Under the pieces are notes generated by a model that had not been told where the DNA came from, searched no databases, and saw only the letters and a program-made list of their open reading frames with translations. A DNA stretch of 64,000 bases from Octopus sinensis (Eukaryota). Both the position numbers and the translations under genes were made by a program. How positions within the stretch are numbered: position 1 is the stretch's first letter; every line of letters begins with the position of its first letter. Shown here piece after piece: positions 62,636-64,000 of this stretch. Location: NCBI RefSeq assembly GCF_006345805.1, contig NC_043009.1:72232472-72296471 (forward strand), given 5' to 3'.

Positions 62636-64000
62636 GATTGATTGATTGATTGATTGATTCTAGTTTCAGCTTATGAGCTGTGGCCATGCTGGGGGCACCG
62701 CCATTTGGTGTTGCTACTTGGTTTCACTTCATGGAGGCTTCTAGCAACTGCTATTTGGTGCATGAGAGAGTTCGATGCAGCTGCCCTCATCTGCCCCTCC
62801 GCCGTGAAGTTGGTCATCTGGGACACCTGACAGGAAGAGATCCAGCTTCATTTTAAAGACATCTGTATCCACCCATGCAGGTCTCTCAGGGTTCTTCGGG
62901 AGGATATTGAAGAGCTGTGGGCCTCGGAAGCCCAGGCTATCACAGAATCTTGTCCTACATTGATGGCAGGTTTGGAGTCCTAGGCACCACGCAGTGGCGC
63001 CCAGTTCTGGCATTTGCGTAACTCTCGATGCCAAAGTTCAGGACACTTCCCTCCAGTCTTCATCTTTCTTCCGATGTATATTATGGCATATTTTCCGCCT
63101 ACGCTCCAGGAATATAATTTTAATCTCTTGAGTCTTTCCCAGTAGCTTACATTCTGCATAGAGGCTATCTTCTTGTGTGTAGCTTCGTTGGATCGCCTCA
63201 AGTTCTGTGATCACACTTGACACTGGATGGTGACCATAGCTGAGAGCAATAGTCAAAGTGGCTTAGGACAAGGTCTCCAGAGGACCATCATGGTTTCTGT
63301 TCCTTTTCTAAAGGTTCTAAGAATCCCTCAGCCAGCCGTCTACATTTCATTGTCAGTTTAGCAACATGTACATGAAAGGTCGCGTCATCACTCATGTGAA
63401 TACCCAGGTCACGCACTGATTGTGCCTCTGGGATTGCAATCCCTCGGGTCCAGTGTATTCATTGGGTATTGCATTCAGTTTTGCATGCTGATAGTATAAA
63501 GCTTGAAACTTTCCAGCATTGAACTGCATGCGATCTTTCAGCCCATTGTATATTTCGTCCGCTCACATTGCAGGTGTTTAGTGTCCTCAGGGTTCTGTAT
63601 TGCCGTGAAACTTTTGTATCATCTGCATAACTTGTGATCGTGGCTCTCTGCGTGGCTGAGGGCATGTCTGAGAGGGCCATTATGAAGAGTAGTGGTCCCA
63701 GAACAGTGCCTGCGGAACACCGCTCACTATTTGTGTGTTAATGGAGGTGGCCCCATTGGCTACTACCACCTGACTTCTATCCTTCAAAAGTCATTGAAGC
63801 CATTCTCCCATTTTTCCAACTATGTTGAGATCACGCAGTTTGTGACATATCATTCCATGATCGGCTTTATCAAAGCCTTTGCAAAGTCGAGATATATCAC
63901 TTCCACATTTGAGTGGTTGAGCAACCGTTTCAGGCACCCAGTCATAGTGTTGTAGGAGCTGAGTTAAACAGCTTCTCCCTGGTCGGAAACCATGTGGGGT
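62636..64000 (-). mobile_element. Second copy of the CR1-group LINE (3' part; continues beyond the window)
   Basis: Highly similar to 58031-59400; longer (AATC)n tail; YADDTKV; many 1-bp indels. Confidence 0.92.

Overview
AT-rich, repeat-dense eukaryotic DNA. The SINE/RTE repertoire, microsatellites and single-coding-exon tandem C2H2 gene suggest a coleoid cephalopod, probably Octopus (inference). Three host genes are readable, two of them spliced and therefore missed or fragmented by the ORF track. (1) The last two coding exons of a divergent SOL/calpain-15-like gene (+, 9341-9516 and 13761-13905). (2) A 15-finger C2H2 zinc-finger gene (-, 35755-37119). (3) A spliced gene on the - strand (57830 to 50461) encoding an Ig-like domain followed by at least three hydrophobic helices, apparently damaged by a SINE insertion and an in-frame TGA. 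The rest is mostly layered transposon debris: RTE, L1/Tx1, CR1-group, R4 and CRE non-LTR elements, a CsRN1-type Gypsy element with an inverted RT segment, a solo LTR, piggyBac, hAT, Tc1, Merlin, Helitron and several SINE families. Non-coding highlights are a 2.5 kb near-perfect palindrome (47417-49919) and a 76-nt pre-miRNA-like hairpin (25925-26000). No prokaryotic-type system (CRISPR, operon, rRNA, bona fide tRNA) is supported. All family assignments come from motif recognition by eye, not database searches.
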